From the NCBI RefSeq assembly GCF_006345805.1, contig NC_043005.1:33046001-33110000 (forward strand): 64,000 nucleotides of DNA, given 5' to 3'. Of the stretch, positions 11,821-25,775 are shown in pieces. A program made the position numbers and the translations under genes. Position 1 is the stretch's first letter; every line of letters starts with the position of its first letter. The notes beneath the pieces are model-generated. The model was not told where the DNA came from, did not search any database, and saw only the letters and a program-made list of their open reading frames with translations. The DNA comes from Octopus sinensis. Taxonomy: Eukaryota.

Positions 11821-13387
11821 AATGTATCAATGTACTCTATCAAATGTACTCACTCTCGCCGCATGATAAACTAGTTGTTCATTCTTCTTTGCTTTCATTA
11901 CTTTTCCGTACCTTCTCGTCAATTCCAGTTTATTTTGGCCCGCCATTATACATAAATCATAATCAAAGTCACCTAACTTAATTGTTGCAGTCCTTTGTTG
12001 GTGACAATCTATTACCAAGAGGAGCCACAAGCATTGGGTACCATTGTTAACAAGTTGTTGCAACATGTAAAATAATTAACATGAAGCTATTGTTTTGAGT
12101 GGGAGGGATGCTTTCAAGTGCTGCTGCTATTGCTGCGGCAGCTGATGATGATGTGATGATGATGATGATGAGGATGATCTTTAAGGTTTTTTGTAAGGTG
12201 GACGGAAGCTACTCATTGAAACAGTCACCTTAAATTTTTAGGACAACTCTTGTTTAGTTCTGTCCAATATTGCATTCTGTCCGACGAGCAATAGGATTCG
12301 GTTTTAGCAATGTCCACAGTTTGTGTCAAACATTTAATGCTTTGCTAGTGTGTTTTATTAGTTTTGTGTTTGTGTTTGTAGCCGGTGCCATTGCCACTGT
12401 CATCATCGTTACAATTAAGTGGGAGTTTTCTTTGTCCCTTCACCTGTTCACCTGAAAGAATGCATGTGTTGATAAATTCTTCCGCTGAAATCAATGGCTG
12501 TTATGCCTGGTTAGTGTCTCGCTCGCCTGTCTTCTTCCTCTGGATTTTGCCAACATTACATGGAGCATCCTTGACAGAGTTCCCCCTTACTTAACAGGAG
12601 TTCGTAATTGTCAATTCCTCTACCACGAGGACCTGCACGTAGTGCAATCATAAAATATCCATCGACAAAAAACACTGATCAATTCTATTGTTCCACCGAT
12701 GATATGCCCGGCTATCGAACTTCAAATCATTGACTGCTGATAACCTGCAAAGATTAACCCTAGCCTTAGTTGGTCCACGTACAAGTTGCATAGTTTATAG
12801 CCACTATTTGTCTGTAGAAATCATTATTTCTACTTCCAGGTCCATTGATCGTGGCCTACTATCTATTACTCAGCTATAATTACACCACACTATCTTTACG
12901 CAAACAAATATGTAACCTGACGCTATCACTCTTGCCACGTGATATTTCCGTAACTGTCTTTGGTAAATTGTTAAAACACACAAAAAGCGGACTACGTGAC
13001 GTCAAAATGTTTTCTTCTCTACCATGCGGGGCATAATATGAAAGCGACGATTGTCGCTTTTGACTCAAAGAACCTCTCGTGACCGGAACTGACTATCGAA
13101 GGCCCAAATATTTGACCCATCGATAGTCAGAGGTATCATCTAGAGGTATTCAATTCATTTTCAGTTTTTCTTCTCTCTAGCACTATACACCTGGGGATGT
13201 AGGTGCGTTTTACGTTCACAAACTTAAAAGTGTCTTTAAATATTTACAACTCCAGTGTAATGTATTGAGTGAAACTGTCTTTCGTTTGCTCATCCACTCG
13301 TGTACACAGACAGACACACGCATACACGTATACACACGCGCGTACACACACACACACACACAAACACACAAGCATTTAATACATACA

Positions 13388-13423
<36 letters not shown>

Positions 13424-14503
13424 TCACCAGGTGAATAGTAACAGACAGAGTGGAGCCTTTAGCAGAATTTCAAGATAGATGCAGTGCCTCCAGAGGCAAG
13501 ACAAGAATCATAACGTTAGCATTTAGTTCATTGACACAATTTCTATCAAAGCCACCGCTGCCGCCACCACCACCGTCATCATCAGTGTTATCACCAAATC
13601 CATCGCTGCTACTACAACAGTGACTATCTCTTTTAGTCCCAATGGTAACCCTACCATTACCCAGACAGCGCTCGCCACCGAAAGTATCCCATTATCTCAA
13701 TTTTTACCTCTAAATAATATTCTCCACCCACAGTTTATACCCCAGCAGGTTATTTCTTCCATCAACCATTTCTCGCATTCGCATCATTATCGATATATCT
13801 CTCTCCTCCGCCCAGCAGCAGCACTAGCACCAGCACCACCACCACCACCACAACCACAACCATCACCATTCTTATATTTTCATCGCCGCTGCAGTCATTT
13901 GCTACCAGCTTTACGCTAAGCACCGCTCCATCATCACCAGCACCATCACAACCACCACCTACACTATCACCAACATCATCACCGCCATCACACAACAACC
14001 ACCAACACCTCCATCATCACCTTCATCACTACTCCTACCAACGTCATCACACCAACTCTATCACCAACACCATCGTCATCGTCACCACCACGATCATTTC
14101 CATCACACCACAACCGCAACGTCTCCTTCATCATCATCATCAACACGCCAACCTCACCAGCACCTCCATCATCATCATCATCATGATCCATCACCGTTAT
14201 CACAAACTCTGAGTCGATAACACAATAGAAAATACCCAAGACGTCAATCACTATCACCACCAGCATCCTTTACTCCACCCACCCAAACAAACCCTGCGCT
14301 CCATTGTTAATCTTGATCAAGCAATAAAAAAAAAAAGCTGCCCCAGTTTATACTTGCAGTTTATTGTGTTTCTATGGCAACAACTGCGACCTTATCACAT
14401 CGCTTATGTTTTCATAATTATATCTCTAAAAATACAGTCTCTGGTTGCTGATTTTTTTTTACATATTTATGTTTTTGATATTTCATAATGAATATGACAT
14501 CTG

Positions 14504-14568
<65 letters not shown>

Positions 14569-14655
14569 AGTGTGTGTGTGTATGTGTGTAGTATATACGC
14601 ACAAACACACACATATATATATGCATATATATACATACAAAAACGTATTATATTC

Positions 14656-14688
<33 letters not shown>

Positions 14689-14754
14689 CACACACACACA
14701 TATATATATATATATACGTATGTGTGTGTATGTGTGTGTGTGTGTATGAATATA

Positions 14755-14860
14755 TATATTTATAAACTCTCCATCTCTTTTTCTCCTTTCTCTTTCACTC
14801 GCACACGTATACGGGTTGTTGTTTTGTATGTGCGTGTGCATGTGTGTGTGCGTGTGTGCG

Positions 14861-14905
<45 letters not shown>

Positions 14906-15097
14906 ATGTGTGTGTATATGTATATGTGTGTATATATATATATACACTTACACACTCACATATACACATATATATGTATATATACACACACACACTCGCA
15001 CACATGTACACATGCACACGCACATACAAAACAACAACCCGTATACGTGTGCGTATGAGAGAGAAAGGAGAAAAAGAGATGGAGAGTTTATAAATAT
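14755..15097. repeat. ~340-bp near-perfect inverted duplication (fold-back)
   Basis: atatttataaactctccatctctttttctcc...gtatacgggttgttgttttgtatgtgcg recurs as its reverse complement ending at 15097. The centre is (TA)/(TG)/(CA) microsatellite. Confidence 0.9.
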
Positions 15098-15571
15098 TTC
15101 TGCATGCTCCAGTTGAAACTAAGTGTGGAAAATAGGTACCAGATCTTCAGGGAATGTTACCTGTAGACGACTAATACTGGATTCCAGAGGGAAATTTTTT
15201 TCTGTTAAGATTCTGAAATCCAGTTATTTTCTATGTAATGACATTTTTTTACCTGTTAGAAAAATATTTGAAAAAAAAATGGACTGGGGATGTGGTTAGA
15301 TAATACAAAAATACCCTATTATCTAATAGGATATTTTTGTATTGGATCGGTTTTTATTGTTTTTACTGTTTTATATTTACTTTTACTCATATATAGAAAA
15401 GAAAGTGGGGTTCAGAAATTACGACAGCTGTTTCGGCAACATTCTGATGCACTCTTAGATTAAATCATAGTAAAATCACGCCACCACCAGGTAAGTTTTA
15501 AGCATGTAGACAGTAGAAACAGATGACCAGTATCCCCAGTATCCCGACTTCCGTGGTGAAACAAGTAGCTA

Positions 15572-15609
<38 letters not shown>

Positions 15610-15636
15610 ACGCGCGTGTATATATATATATATATA

Positions 15637-17267
15637 CAGTTGCGGCCAAAATGTTCAGAACAGCATTGTTTTCGTCAGAAAAGTAGGTATAATGTTTTAT
15701 CAAATTTATTTTATATTCTATAATTTTTACAGACAATAAATACAATATTAATTTTTATTGTCTGAGATTTTGGTGTAATTTGAGAGGATAATACAAAAGT
15801 GTGATTAGTGATTTAGTGATTTACTGCAAAACCCATGGCGGCCAAAAGGATCAGAACGGTTGCTTTTACTCCGTGTTTTAGTATATTGAACCGGCGAACT
15901 CTAATGTTTTGAATTTGTTTACTTGACGGTTCGTTTACTAAACATTAGTAAGAATATCTGCAGTGTACTTTGTTTATATAATGCCACTTACTCCGTTACC
16001 AATTCGACAGCAGATTATTAAGCTTCGAAAGAAGGATAATTTAAGTATTGGGTCTATTGCAAAGATTGTTAACAAGTCAAAAAGTGTTGTTCATGGTATT
16101 CTTAAGGTCTACGATGATTGTGGTTCGTGTGAAGGAAGAAATTCTACAGGTAGGCCAAGAAAAACGACCAAGAGAGAAGATCGTGCTATGGTAAAGTTGG
16201 TTAAAAAGGACATATTTAAAACTGCTGCTGCTGTTTCTCGGGAAATGAGCATTGTACGGAAGAAAACTTTATCTCGAAATACTGTGTCTCGTCGTTTAGT
16301 TGAACATGACCTACAAGCAAGAGCACCTGCTGTGAAGCCACTGATCAGCTCCAAAAATAAAAAGTGTCGTCTTACCTTTTGCAACCGAACATGTGTTGTG
16401 GTCTCAAGAAAAATGGCAAACGGTGCATTTCAGTGATGAATCTAAGTTTATGTTATTTGGCTCAAATGGGAAAAGGTACGTTCGTCGAAAAGTAGGTGAA
16501 AAATTGTCGACTAAATGCCTTAAGACTAGTGTTAAATTCGGTGGAGGAAGTGTCATGGTTTGGGGGATGATATCTGGAGATGGTGTGGGCCCTTTGGTAC
16601 GATTACATGGAAAGTAAAATGCAGGAGTTTATAAACAACGTGTAAAAGATCATGTCTTGCCTGCGCTGAGAAATTCAACTAAGCCACCACCCATATTCAT
16701 GCAGGACAATGCCCCATGTCACAAGGCTAAGGTGGTCATGAACTTCCTCAAGGCTGAAAAGGTTATTGTTATGGATTGGCCTGCTCAAAGCCCAGATCGC
16801 AATCCTATTGAAAATGTGTGGAATATTCTAGGAGAACGTTCGAAAGCCAGAAATCCTAAAACAACCGAGCAATTATGGAATGCCATTCAGGAAGAAAATT
16901 GAATAAGATCACCCAGCAAGAAATTGAAAATTCAGCTTCCTCATGCAGTAGATGTCAAAGTGTGATTGAAGCTAAAGGGCTTCACGCTAAATATTAAATA
17001 ATTCCAGTATTCTCTGTCATTTTTGATTATTTTGTTATTTTTTCAACCGTTCTGATCATTTTGGTCGGCATGGGTTTTGCAGTAAATCCCTAAATCATCC
17101 ATAACTTTTGTATTATCCTCTCAAATTACACCAGAATCTCAGACAATAACAAATAATATCATATTTATTGTCTGTGAAAATTATAGAATATAAAACAACT
17201 TTGGTAAAAAATTGTACCTACTTTTCTGACGAAGACAATGCTGTTCTGAACATTTTGGCCGCAACTG
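15637..17267 (+). mobile_element. Full-length Tc1-family DNA transposon (DD34E) with ~225-bp IR/DR-type terminal inverted repeats
   Basis: TIRs span 15637-15862 and 17044-17267 (cagttgcggccaaaatgttcagaac / gttctgaacattttggccgcaactg). TA flanks both ends. The inner direct repeat is catggcggccaaaaggatcagaac. Confidence 0.95.
15981..16997 (+). pseudogene. Tc1 transposase with frameshifts and a premature stop
   Basis: Has a paired-like HTH, GRPR, FSDESKF, GGGSVMVWG, FMQDNAPCH and WPAQSPDRNPIEN. There are 34 residues between the second D and E. Confidence 0.93.
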
Positions 17268-17281
17268 TATATAAAAAACTA

Positions 17282-17514
17282 AGGCGGCGAGCTGGTAGAG
17301 TCGTTAGCACGCCGAGCGAAATGCTTAGCGGTATTTCGTCTATCGCTAGGTTCTGAGTTCAAATTCCGCCGAGGTCGACTTTGCCTTTCATCCTTTCGGG
17401 GTCGATTACATAAGTACCAGTTACGCACTGGGGTTGATGTAATCGACTTAATCCGTGTGTGTGTCCTTGTTTGTCCCCTCTGTGTTTAGCCCCTTGTGGG
17501 TAGTAAAGAAATAG
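17282..17514 (+). mobile_element. SINE family A, full-length
   Basis: Runs from ggcggcgagctggtagagtcgttagcacgcc to tail gccccttgtgggtagtaaagaaatag. Confidence 0.9.
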
Positions 17515-17758
17515 TATAAAACTGAGAATGTGTGTCTGTCTGTCTGTCTGTGTATTTGTTGGTGAGTATAACTAAAACTCAAGAACTACCCAACCAATTT
17601 CATTTTAATTTTACACATGCCTTACTTAGGGTCTATGCAGTGTCATGGCTCCCAAAATTTTCAACTTCTTGCCTAATGCGAGCCTCGAGCAATCTCTTAT
17701 TTCTTACACTATTTTAGTATTACGTCTCAAAAGTGAAACAATAACATCTCTATTGTAA

Positions 17759-18256
17759 TCTCTATATCTATAAACGGCAAAGTTTCTGTGTATCTGTGTG
17801 TCTGTGTGTCCTTTATACAAATCCACAGTTTTTCACGTAAGATGCTCGCATTTTCTATGGGCTTTCGAAATTGTCTGAGGGTGGTCGTGAAGATTTTTTT
17901 ATTTCCCCAGCCACCCCAGGAAGCCATTAAAAAAATCGATAAACTGACCCCTTATGCCCACAAGTTATTTTGCGGCCAAATTCGAGTTTTTCGCTTTCTT
18001 CTTTTGTCCGACTAATGGCGTGTGCACAGTCCCACTAATTTTCTATGATTATGTCGTTCAAGGTGTGAAAACCGAAGTCCAATGAATATTAATTACTCTC
18101 ATAAAAAGCTCCAACTAGCTCATAAACAACAAAACTGGCTCAGGCTGAAATGTGATAAGAAACTTAGCTCTTGACTTAGTGAGAAATTTTTACTGCGACC
18201 CGGCAACGAATAACAAGCACAGGCACTAGATCCGGCAACGCGGGTCATAGTGCTAG
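17759..18256 (+). mobile_element. Non-autonomous Helitron-like element
   Basis: Starts A|TC (tctctatatctataaa), followed by a short tctgtgt repeat. Ends with GC-rich ccggcaacgcggg just before CTAG|T. Confidence 0.65.
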
Positions 18257-18501
18257 TGTGAGATAATACTTTCAGTTTTAATAGTGAAACTATTAATACT
18301 TTCACTATGTGTATATATATATAATTAATAAATTTATTAATTATTAATTAATGATTTTTTTGGCTAATTTTGAAATTAGATCAGCAGTTTATATTTGCTG
18401 CTGAGAAGACCGCGCGATTGCGGTGGACTTTCAAAATTTATAGCATATAGACTTGAGGCTTCCTTACCATCGCCTCGTGGATATATGTTCGTCCTTGGCT
18501 T

Positions 18502-18594
18502 CTCTGCTGACGAAGCACGCCAGTTGTAAATAAATTTAATTTAATTTAATTCATTTGTTTACTAAAGTTTGCCGAAACTATGCGTAGTCCAGAG
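18502..18594 (+). ncRNA. Degenerate type I hammerhead-ribozyme-like motif in a probable Penelope-like repeat
   Basis: CTGACGA, an AT-rich hairpin (gtaaataaat/atttgtttac), GAAAC, then GTA. The following gtccagag is partly complementary to the upstream ctctg. Confidence 0.45.
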
Positions 18595-18719
18595 ATGAAA
18601 GGGTAAACGTTTTTATTTCTCTTTCAATTTCAGAATTACAACTATTAGCGGTTTGAGTTTGGCTGCTCTTTCTAGTGAGTCGAATGTCCTATTATGGCAA
18701 TTCCTTATATTTTTGAATG

Positions 18720-18764
<45 letters not shown>

Positions 18765-18803
18765 ATATGTGTGTGTATATATATATATATATATATAATA
18801 TAT

Positions 18804-18873
<70 letters not shown>

Positions 18874-19075
18874 AGTTTCATTTCTATAATCTTTACTATG
18901 GTATATTTATGTATGTACATGTATGAATATGTATGCATGTAAATGTATCTATATGTATGTATACATATATGTATATATATATATAATATATATATATATA
19001 TATGTATATATATTTATGCATGTATATTATGTGTGTGCGTATATATATATGTATATATGTATATATATATATATA

Positions 19076-19110
<35 letters not shown>

Positions 19111-19115
<5 letters not shown>

Positions 19116-19269
19116 GGCGTAGCTGTGTGCTAAGAAGATTGCTTCCCAACCACATAATTCGGATTCAGTCCCTCTGCATGGCACCTTTGGTATGTATTTT
19201 TTATTATAGCCTTCGGCCGACCAAACTAGTGTCAGTGGATTTTGTTGATGAAAACTAAAAAAAGTCTGT

Positions 19270-19322
<53 letters not shown>

Positions 19323-19555
19323 ATATTTACTTACGTATGTGTATTTGTATCTCTGCTTGTTCCTCACAACCATCACTTAGAAACAGATGTTGGTGTGTTT
19401 ACGTCCCCGTAACTTTGCTGTTCGACAAAAGTTATCGATAGAATAAGAACCAGACTTACAGAGAATAAGTTCAGGAGTCGATTTCTTCAACTAGAAGGTG
19501 GTACTTTAACAGGGTTACAATCAAATGACTGAAACAAATAACAGAGTAAAAGAGA
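19111..19555 (+). mobile_element. SINE family B, diverged full-length copy
   Basis: Head gcgggcgtagctgtgtgctaagaagattgcttcccaaccac, internal (TA)n, tail aatgactgaaacaaataacagagtaaaagag. Confidence 0.85.
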
Positions 19556-20157
19556 AATATATAGTACATATATATATGCAATTTATAAATAAGGGCTAAA
19601 GAAAATTATTTCTATGCCAATATGCTGATAACAGACTTTTAAATCGTCAATTTCCACATATTATTTACTCGCTACAGAAAAATACGAAGAGCTGAAATCG
19701 AGGGAAGCTGGCCGATAGAATTTTTTAAAAAGTTCGTTATTTCTAGCAGGGCAGCGAAGTACATAGAATATCCTTCGTTGATTGTCTGATGCGTTGATTA
19801 GACACAGAATTATATATAATAATTATATATTAATTTGTTACTGTTCTTAATCTATGGTACCTAATTACAGCCAATCGGATTGGATCAGAGATAAAATGTC
19901 TGCCCCACACAAAAGTACTGGACAATATCGACCAAGAAAAACTCCCAACACCATCGCTGTCAAAATGTCACCTATACACCGCTATTTCACAGTCCCTTAT
20001 AGTCACCATCGTCACCATTACGCCAATGCTACGGCATCAACATCAAAACATCATATCCACAGCATCACCTCCACGACGTCTTTTTTCAATACGGACACCT
20101 TTTTTTTTATTTCTTTCTTACAAACATTAATATTGTGCAGTAAATTCATGCGTAGGT

Positions 20158-21420
20158 AGTTGGGCGTTTCCTCAAATTTCAGTCTCTACAAGATCTCTAA
20201 GCTCCACCTACCAATTTCATTAGTGATAGAGGAATCCAAAGCTACAAAAGCAAGAGAGATCAGAATATTGCTTTTAACAGAGGATGAGAGAGTCAGACTC
20301 ACCAACAAGAAGTGGAAACCCCAGGAAGTTGTGAAGAAAGCGGAGACGCCAGGAGATTGTTGGAATTGTCTCTGTTGGGCTTTGCAACAACAGCACCAAG
20401 AGATAGAGAAATACCAATGCCAGGAGTAAAAGTGCAAAGGGTCCGTGACTCAAGAGAGCAGAGTCACCGGGTGAAGGCAGTAAGGCTTGCGCATCAAAGA
20501 CAATTGATATTGTGGGACCAGGTGCTCGAGCGCTCACTGTCCAGAAAGGAAATCTGGACACTGACCATGGAAAATTGTCCTTCATCCTTCATGTTGTCAC
20601 TGACCCCTTACCAGCCCGAAATGGCCTAAAAATATGGGGTAAGACAAAAAGATCCATCATGTAAGCAGTGCAGGCAACTCTTTACACTCTTAACCACATT
20701 TTGATCGGATGCCCAACAGCACTGAGAGAAGACCAATACAAGTGGAGACACGGCAAGATCCTTGCAGAAATCGCCAAATGGACTCACTTGCAAATAATCC
20801 GGGCTAACAAAGACTATCCACCACTACCAAAAGATATCAAATTCTTAAGGGAAGGCAACCAGTTTCTTAAGGCAAAAACAACTGTAGGGGACCTGCTTTC
20901 TATATTGTATTCAACCTCTGACTAGGAGATGCACGTGAATCTGAAAGGCTGACTTGACTTCCTAATGGAGATAACGGACCAGGTATGTTCCTGCTCTCCA
21001 GGAGTATAAAAGCAAACATCGTAGTCGAACATCGTAGGATAAACTCAATATTTCCCACCAGAAAACGAAGACAAAATACCAGAACTTGATTGACGAGGCC
21101 CTTGTCAAGGGATATCACACGGCATAATTCCTTATTGCAGTCGCCTACCGCAGCTTTCCAGCTAGATTAGTGCACTCTTTCTTGCAGAAGAAAGTTCTGG
21201 AACACTAACAACTGAAGCAAGCCACCAAGGGGATAGGCACAGCAGCTGAAACAAGCTCAAGGTGGCTATGCTTGAGAAGAAATGCAAATGAAACCCTTCC
21301 ATAGTTGAAGACTAGTTCAGTCTCCGCTGCCCCTCTCAGACGAAGCGTGCAAACTGAGCGGCGAAACACTTGTGACGAAACACTGTTGACGAATATGGAA
21401 AGGTTTCGAATATTGCGATG
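20158..21420 (+). mobile_element. 3' remnant of an R2-group non-LTR retrotransposon, HERO clade (zinc knuckle + restriction-like endonuclease), degenerate
   Basis: Peptides LYKISKLHLPISLVIEESKATKAR, RVKAVRLAHQ, TLNHILIGCPTALREDQYKWRHGKILAEIA, AYRSFPARL and AAETSSRWLCLRR follow the order of the HERO C-terminus as I recall it. Confidence 0.75.
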
Positions 21421-21608
21421 AATTTAGAAGTGCTTGCAAAACCTTTGGATTGCTCCAGCAGTTCCGCATGGAGCATAGCATCTCTGATGTTTATTTCACC
21501 TTCAACTTCTGCCTAATATTCAGTCTCTTCGTTCTTACTTCTTTTGTGTCTTCTTTTCTCACACCTTCTCTTTCTTTTAAATCCTCCTCTTCATCATCAT
21601 CATCATCC

Positions 21609-21666
<58 letters not shown>

Positions 21667-22139
21667 TTTCTTCTTCTTCTTCTTCTTCTTCTTCTTCTTC
21701 TTCTTCTTCTTCTTCTTCTTCTCCTCCTTCTTCTTCCTTCATATTTTCTCCATTTCCATTTCTGTTTAACTTATCTGTAAATGTCTGATAAAATATTGTT
21801 TTCTACATCATTTATGATAAATGAAAAACTTCACCGAACTCAGGGTCACGATTCCACAAGAATTTTCCAATGGAAATCAGGTGTTGAATTCCAACAGTAG
21901 ACACAATAATTGGTGGAAAGTTGGATAGAATACCTTGTGTTCTTCAGTCAAGAATTTTCAAGTTCTGGTTTGAAATCCTATCGGCACTGTTTCTCCACCA
22001 GAATATCACTACCATAGTGGCACTATTACAATATCATGAACATTACCAAGTCACCAGCTTAGCATAACCTTGAAAGCACCGTCCACACAATATCACTGTC
22101 ATTGCATCCTTTATAGCGAAAAAGCATCAGCACCACAAC

Positions 22140-22680
22140 ACTTCATAGCAAATTACAAACCCACCAATGTCAATCTCTTGTGACAACCCTCAGCATATCC
22201 ACAAACCTATCATAGAAAATATAACGCTGGCTTCAACAACAACAACAACTACATTTTTCTATTCTAACTACTTCCAACACTATAAAACCTTTGGCGTCAT
22301 ACCCGTCTCAATTCTCTTGCACAAATGTCCTGAGCGCCATCTTAAGAAATAGCACAAAAATCAGCTATCAAAATACTTGTCAAGTCGCCAAATATCTACA
22401 GAATACAGTTGCAGCATTTCCCGACTGATGTATCACAGGGACATGTCCTCGCAACCATTTTGTTTTTCCAATCATTACCTTCCCATGTCTCCACAAAACC
22501 TGCATAGACTCCGAAGGAAATGAAATCACATTTATATCCTCTCACTATTCCATAAACATAACTGCAGACCAATTATAACTGTTTATCCGGCTGAAAACCT
22601 GATACCACAATCATAATAATGCCTAACGCCATCGTCTTCTTTCTTATCAACAGCTCCAGACAACTGGGTACGAATTGGAG
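22140..22680 (+). mobile_element. Highly degraded LINE reverse-transcriptase fragment
   Basis: NYKPT (NYRPI-like) and DVSQGHVLATILF (GVPQGSVLxPxLF-like) occur in plausible order; many stops. Confidence 0.35.
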
Positions 22681-23775
22681 GAATCGTTAAAGCGTCGGAC
22701 AGAATGCTTCACAATATTTGTTTCAATTTTCTGCGACCTGTGGTTAAATTTACCGTTTTACTACTTCGGGATCGATGAAAAAGGAGTACTAATCCAAGAT
22801 AGATTAGTGGTACGGTACGAGTGTTGAATCGTATGCCTTGCAGTACTTATTCCAACTCCTTGCGTTTTGAGTTCAAATCCCACCACACGGTGCAGAAACG
22901 ATGTATTTTGAGCAATCCCTGGAACGATTCTGAGTCAAAAGGAAACAAATGTCAACAATAATAGATCCATCAAGGACTATAACGATCCTTGACTATGGTT
23001 CTAATCCCTCCTCAATAACAAAGACTTCTAAATCGCCCAGTGCACATCAAAACATATTGTATACAGAATTTCATCCGTCTGAACAGGGTGAAATTGGTTC
23101 AACACGGTTACAGATTTTTAGTTTCATACGAATACATTGTCTTCTGCTTAATGTCCAAATCCAGTATTTCATTGCACAGAGTTCAAATCCCACCCACACC
23201 AATTTACTTTTAATCTTTCAAATAGTTGATACAATAACTACCAGTCAAATATTGGAGTGTATTTTATGGGCTATTCCTATAAACACATACACCACACCTA
23301 ACCACAAACCCATCCACCCTCTCACACATATAGGTGGATTTGTGCTAAAATCTTTTATTTTTAAAAACCAATATTTGATTGAAAAAAAAAACATAATGGC
23401 TTCACTATTCTTTGTTATGACAACATATACAATAACAACACCAACAATAATAACAATATATAGGGGCAAATAATAATAAAAGAAACCAGAACAATATATA
23501 CAAATTATAAATAACAACTAAAAGTAATTTCAGTAACAACCACAAACTGATCAACAGTAAGAACAGCAACAATAACAACAACAAATAGCAGAAACAATTA
23601 GATGACAAACTACTTTTGACAATGATGATGATGATGACGACGATGATGATGACGACGACGATGATGATGACGATGACGATGATGAGGAGGAGGACAAGAC
23701 GACGGCGACGACGATGATGATGACCCTCATCATTACCATCTACTATAGGAAGAAAGACATAACAAAGACAGCATG

Positions 23776-23818
<43 letters not shown>

Positions 23819-24101
23819 GAATTAGTGAGAGAGAGAAAGTAATGTAGCTGACATGCAGGTAAAAGCATATGACGTGAATGTTACCAAAAAGAATGTCTAA
23901 TTCGCAGAGCGCAGCATCTATTTCATGGATATTTTAAGGGTATCACATGGGTATTTCAGAGATATTTAGCGTCAAAGAACAGATGGGAGGTTGATATTTA
24001 CAGGTTACCGACAAAACCTTCTCTGCAGTCATAAGCAAAAGATATTTTGGTATTTCTGCCCAATCTACCGTATTGCAACTGCTGATGTTTATATATATAT
24101 T

Positions 24102-24133
<32 letters not shown>

Positions 24134-24134
24134 C

Positions 24135-24178
<44 letters not shown>

Positions 24179-24182
24179 CATT

Positions 24183-24219
<37 letters not shown>

Positions 24220-24286
24220 TAGATAGATAGACAGATAGATATACATATATGCATATACATGTGTATATATATATATTCAAAATGCT

Positions 24287-24318
<32 letters not shown>

Positions 24319-24606
24319 ATATATAATACAAAATGGGACAAGAACGTAAAGCATCCGGACAGCTAGGTGATACAAAAAGGGACAACAAAACATCCAGTAA
24401 ACGATACAGAGAAAACAAGGACGGGTTATTCAAAGTTTTCTTTCCTCAGTCAATCACCAGATTATCGTCGCAATTTCGGCTGATTATTTTTGAGATTGCT
24501 CTAATCTGGCCAGCCCCAGGGAAAAACTAAGCTAAGAGCACTAGATTCCTTGGAAGAAAGAAGCGAATGTATTCAAAAACAAGGACGGAAAAAACGGACA
24601 AAGTTA

Positions 24607-24917
24607 CACAAATATCGCCAATATGACCAAGGAAGCCATTCAAACGCATGGCTGGGATGTGCTGCTACACATTCAAAAGCATGGCTGGGAAATGCCGCCG
24701 TACTTTACTCATTTGGCACCAACGGATTTCCACCTCTTTTGATCTCTTTCAAATGCTATGCGCGGAGGTTCGTTCAATACTGATGCAGAATTGAGAGCTT
24801 GGCTGGATCAATTTTTACTGGTGGAAATCGGATGATTTCTACCAACGAGGTATTGAAAATCTTGCTGAACGCTGGGAAGAAGTTGTAAACAACAAGTGTG
24901 AATACATTATTGATTAA
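24607..24917 (+). mobile_element. Mariner transposase C-terminal fragment
   Basis: ANMTKEAIQTHGWDVL, HLAPTDFHLF and FYQRGIENLAERWEEVVNNKCEYIID*. A small internal duplication repeats catggctggga. Confidence 0.8.
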
Positions 24918-25015
24918 TTAGTTTTATTTTTTATTAAACATTTCAAAATATTTTAATTAAAAAAAACAGTGGTATGTATATATATATATACATGCATACA
25001 TATATATATGTGTAT

Positions 25016-25052
<37 letters not shown>

Positions 25053-25438
25053 CATATATATATGTACGCATCTATATAGAAAAAGTGAAAGATGTGTGAA
25101 ACAAACGTCTTCATCCACATTCCAACACGCTTTCTAATCTGTAGCTGGGCCGATAGCGGCAAATTATGTATATATATATATATATAAAGACAAAGAGATG
25201 GAGAAAATGATGTAATGTGCGTCGGTATGAAAATGATGTAATGTGCATGAAACTAGTTTTGCATTGACCATTATTACTAATAAAATAGACTTCATTTATC
25301 TCGTCCGCCTTTCATCATTTTCGCACCAAGGAGAAAAGCCTGTTTGCTTTATATAATTATTATTTTCAAAAACACAGCTATACAACACGCATGGAGTTGG
25401 CTTTAACTGCTATTTCTCCTTCTGCTTGTCTATATATA

Positions 25439-25494
<56 letters not shown>

Positions 25495-25499
25495 TATAT

Positions 25500-25544
<45 letters not shown>

Positions 25545-25568
25545 TATATAATATATATATATATATAT

Positions 25569-25639
<71 letters not shown>

Positions 25640-25775
25640 GTATATATATAATTTAAAATGAGGGTGAGAAATTAGATATTAATTTAATCAACATCGATTT
25701 CACACCAGTGGTCTAGCATATAAAAAAACTGACGGTTCAGTAAAATTGTATTATATACATATATTAGAGGGAAAC

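Noticed and set aside
13540-14270. His/Thr/Pro- or Val/Asp/Gly-rich ORFs
   Set aside because: Degenerate (CAC/CAT)n low-complexity tract with stops in all frames.
21330-21395. cagacga...gcgaaac in the HERO 3' UTR as a hammerhead
   Set aside because: The core is altered, helix II pairs poorly and the triplet would be GUG; not supportable from one copy.
21450-21788. Poly-Glu/Asp, poly-Ser and poly-His ORFs
   Set aside because: (CAT)n plus (TTC)n microsatellite.
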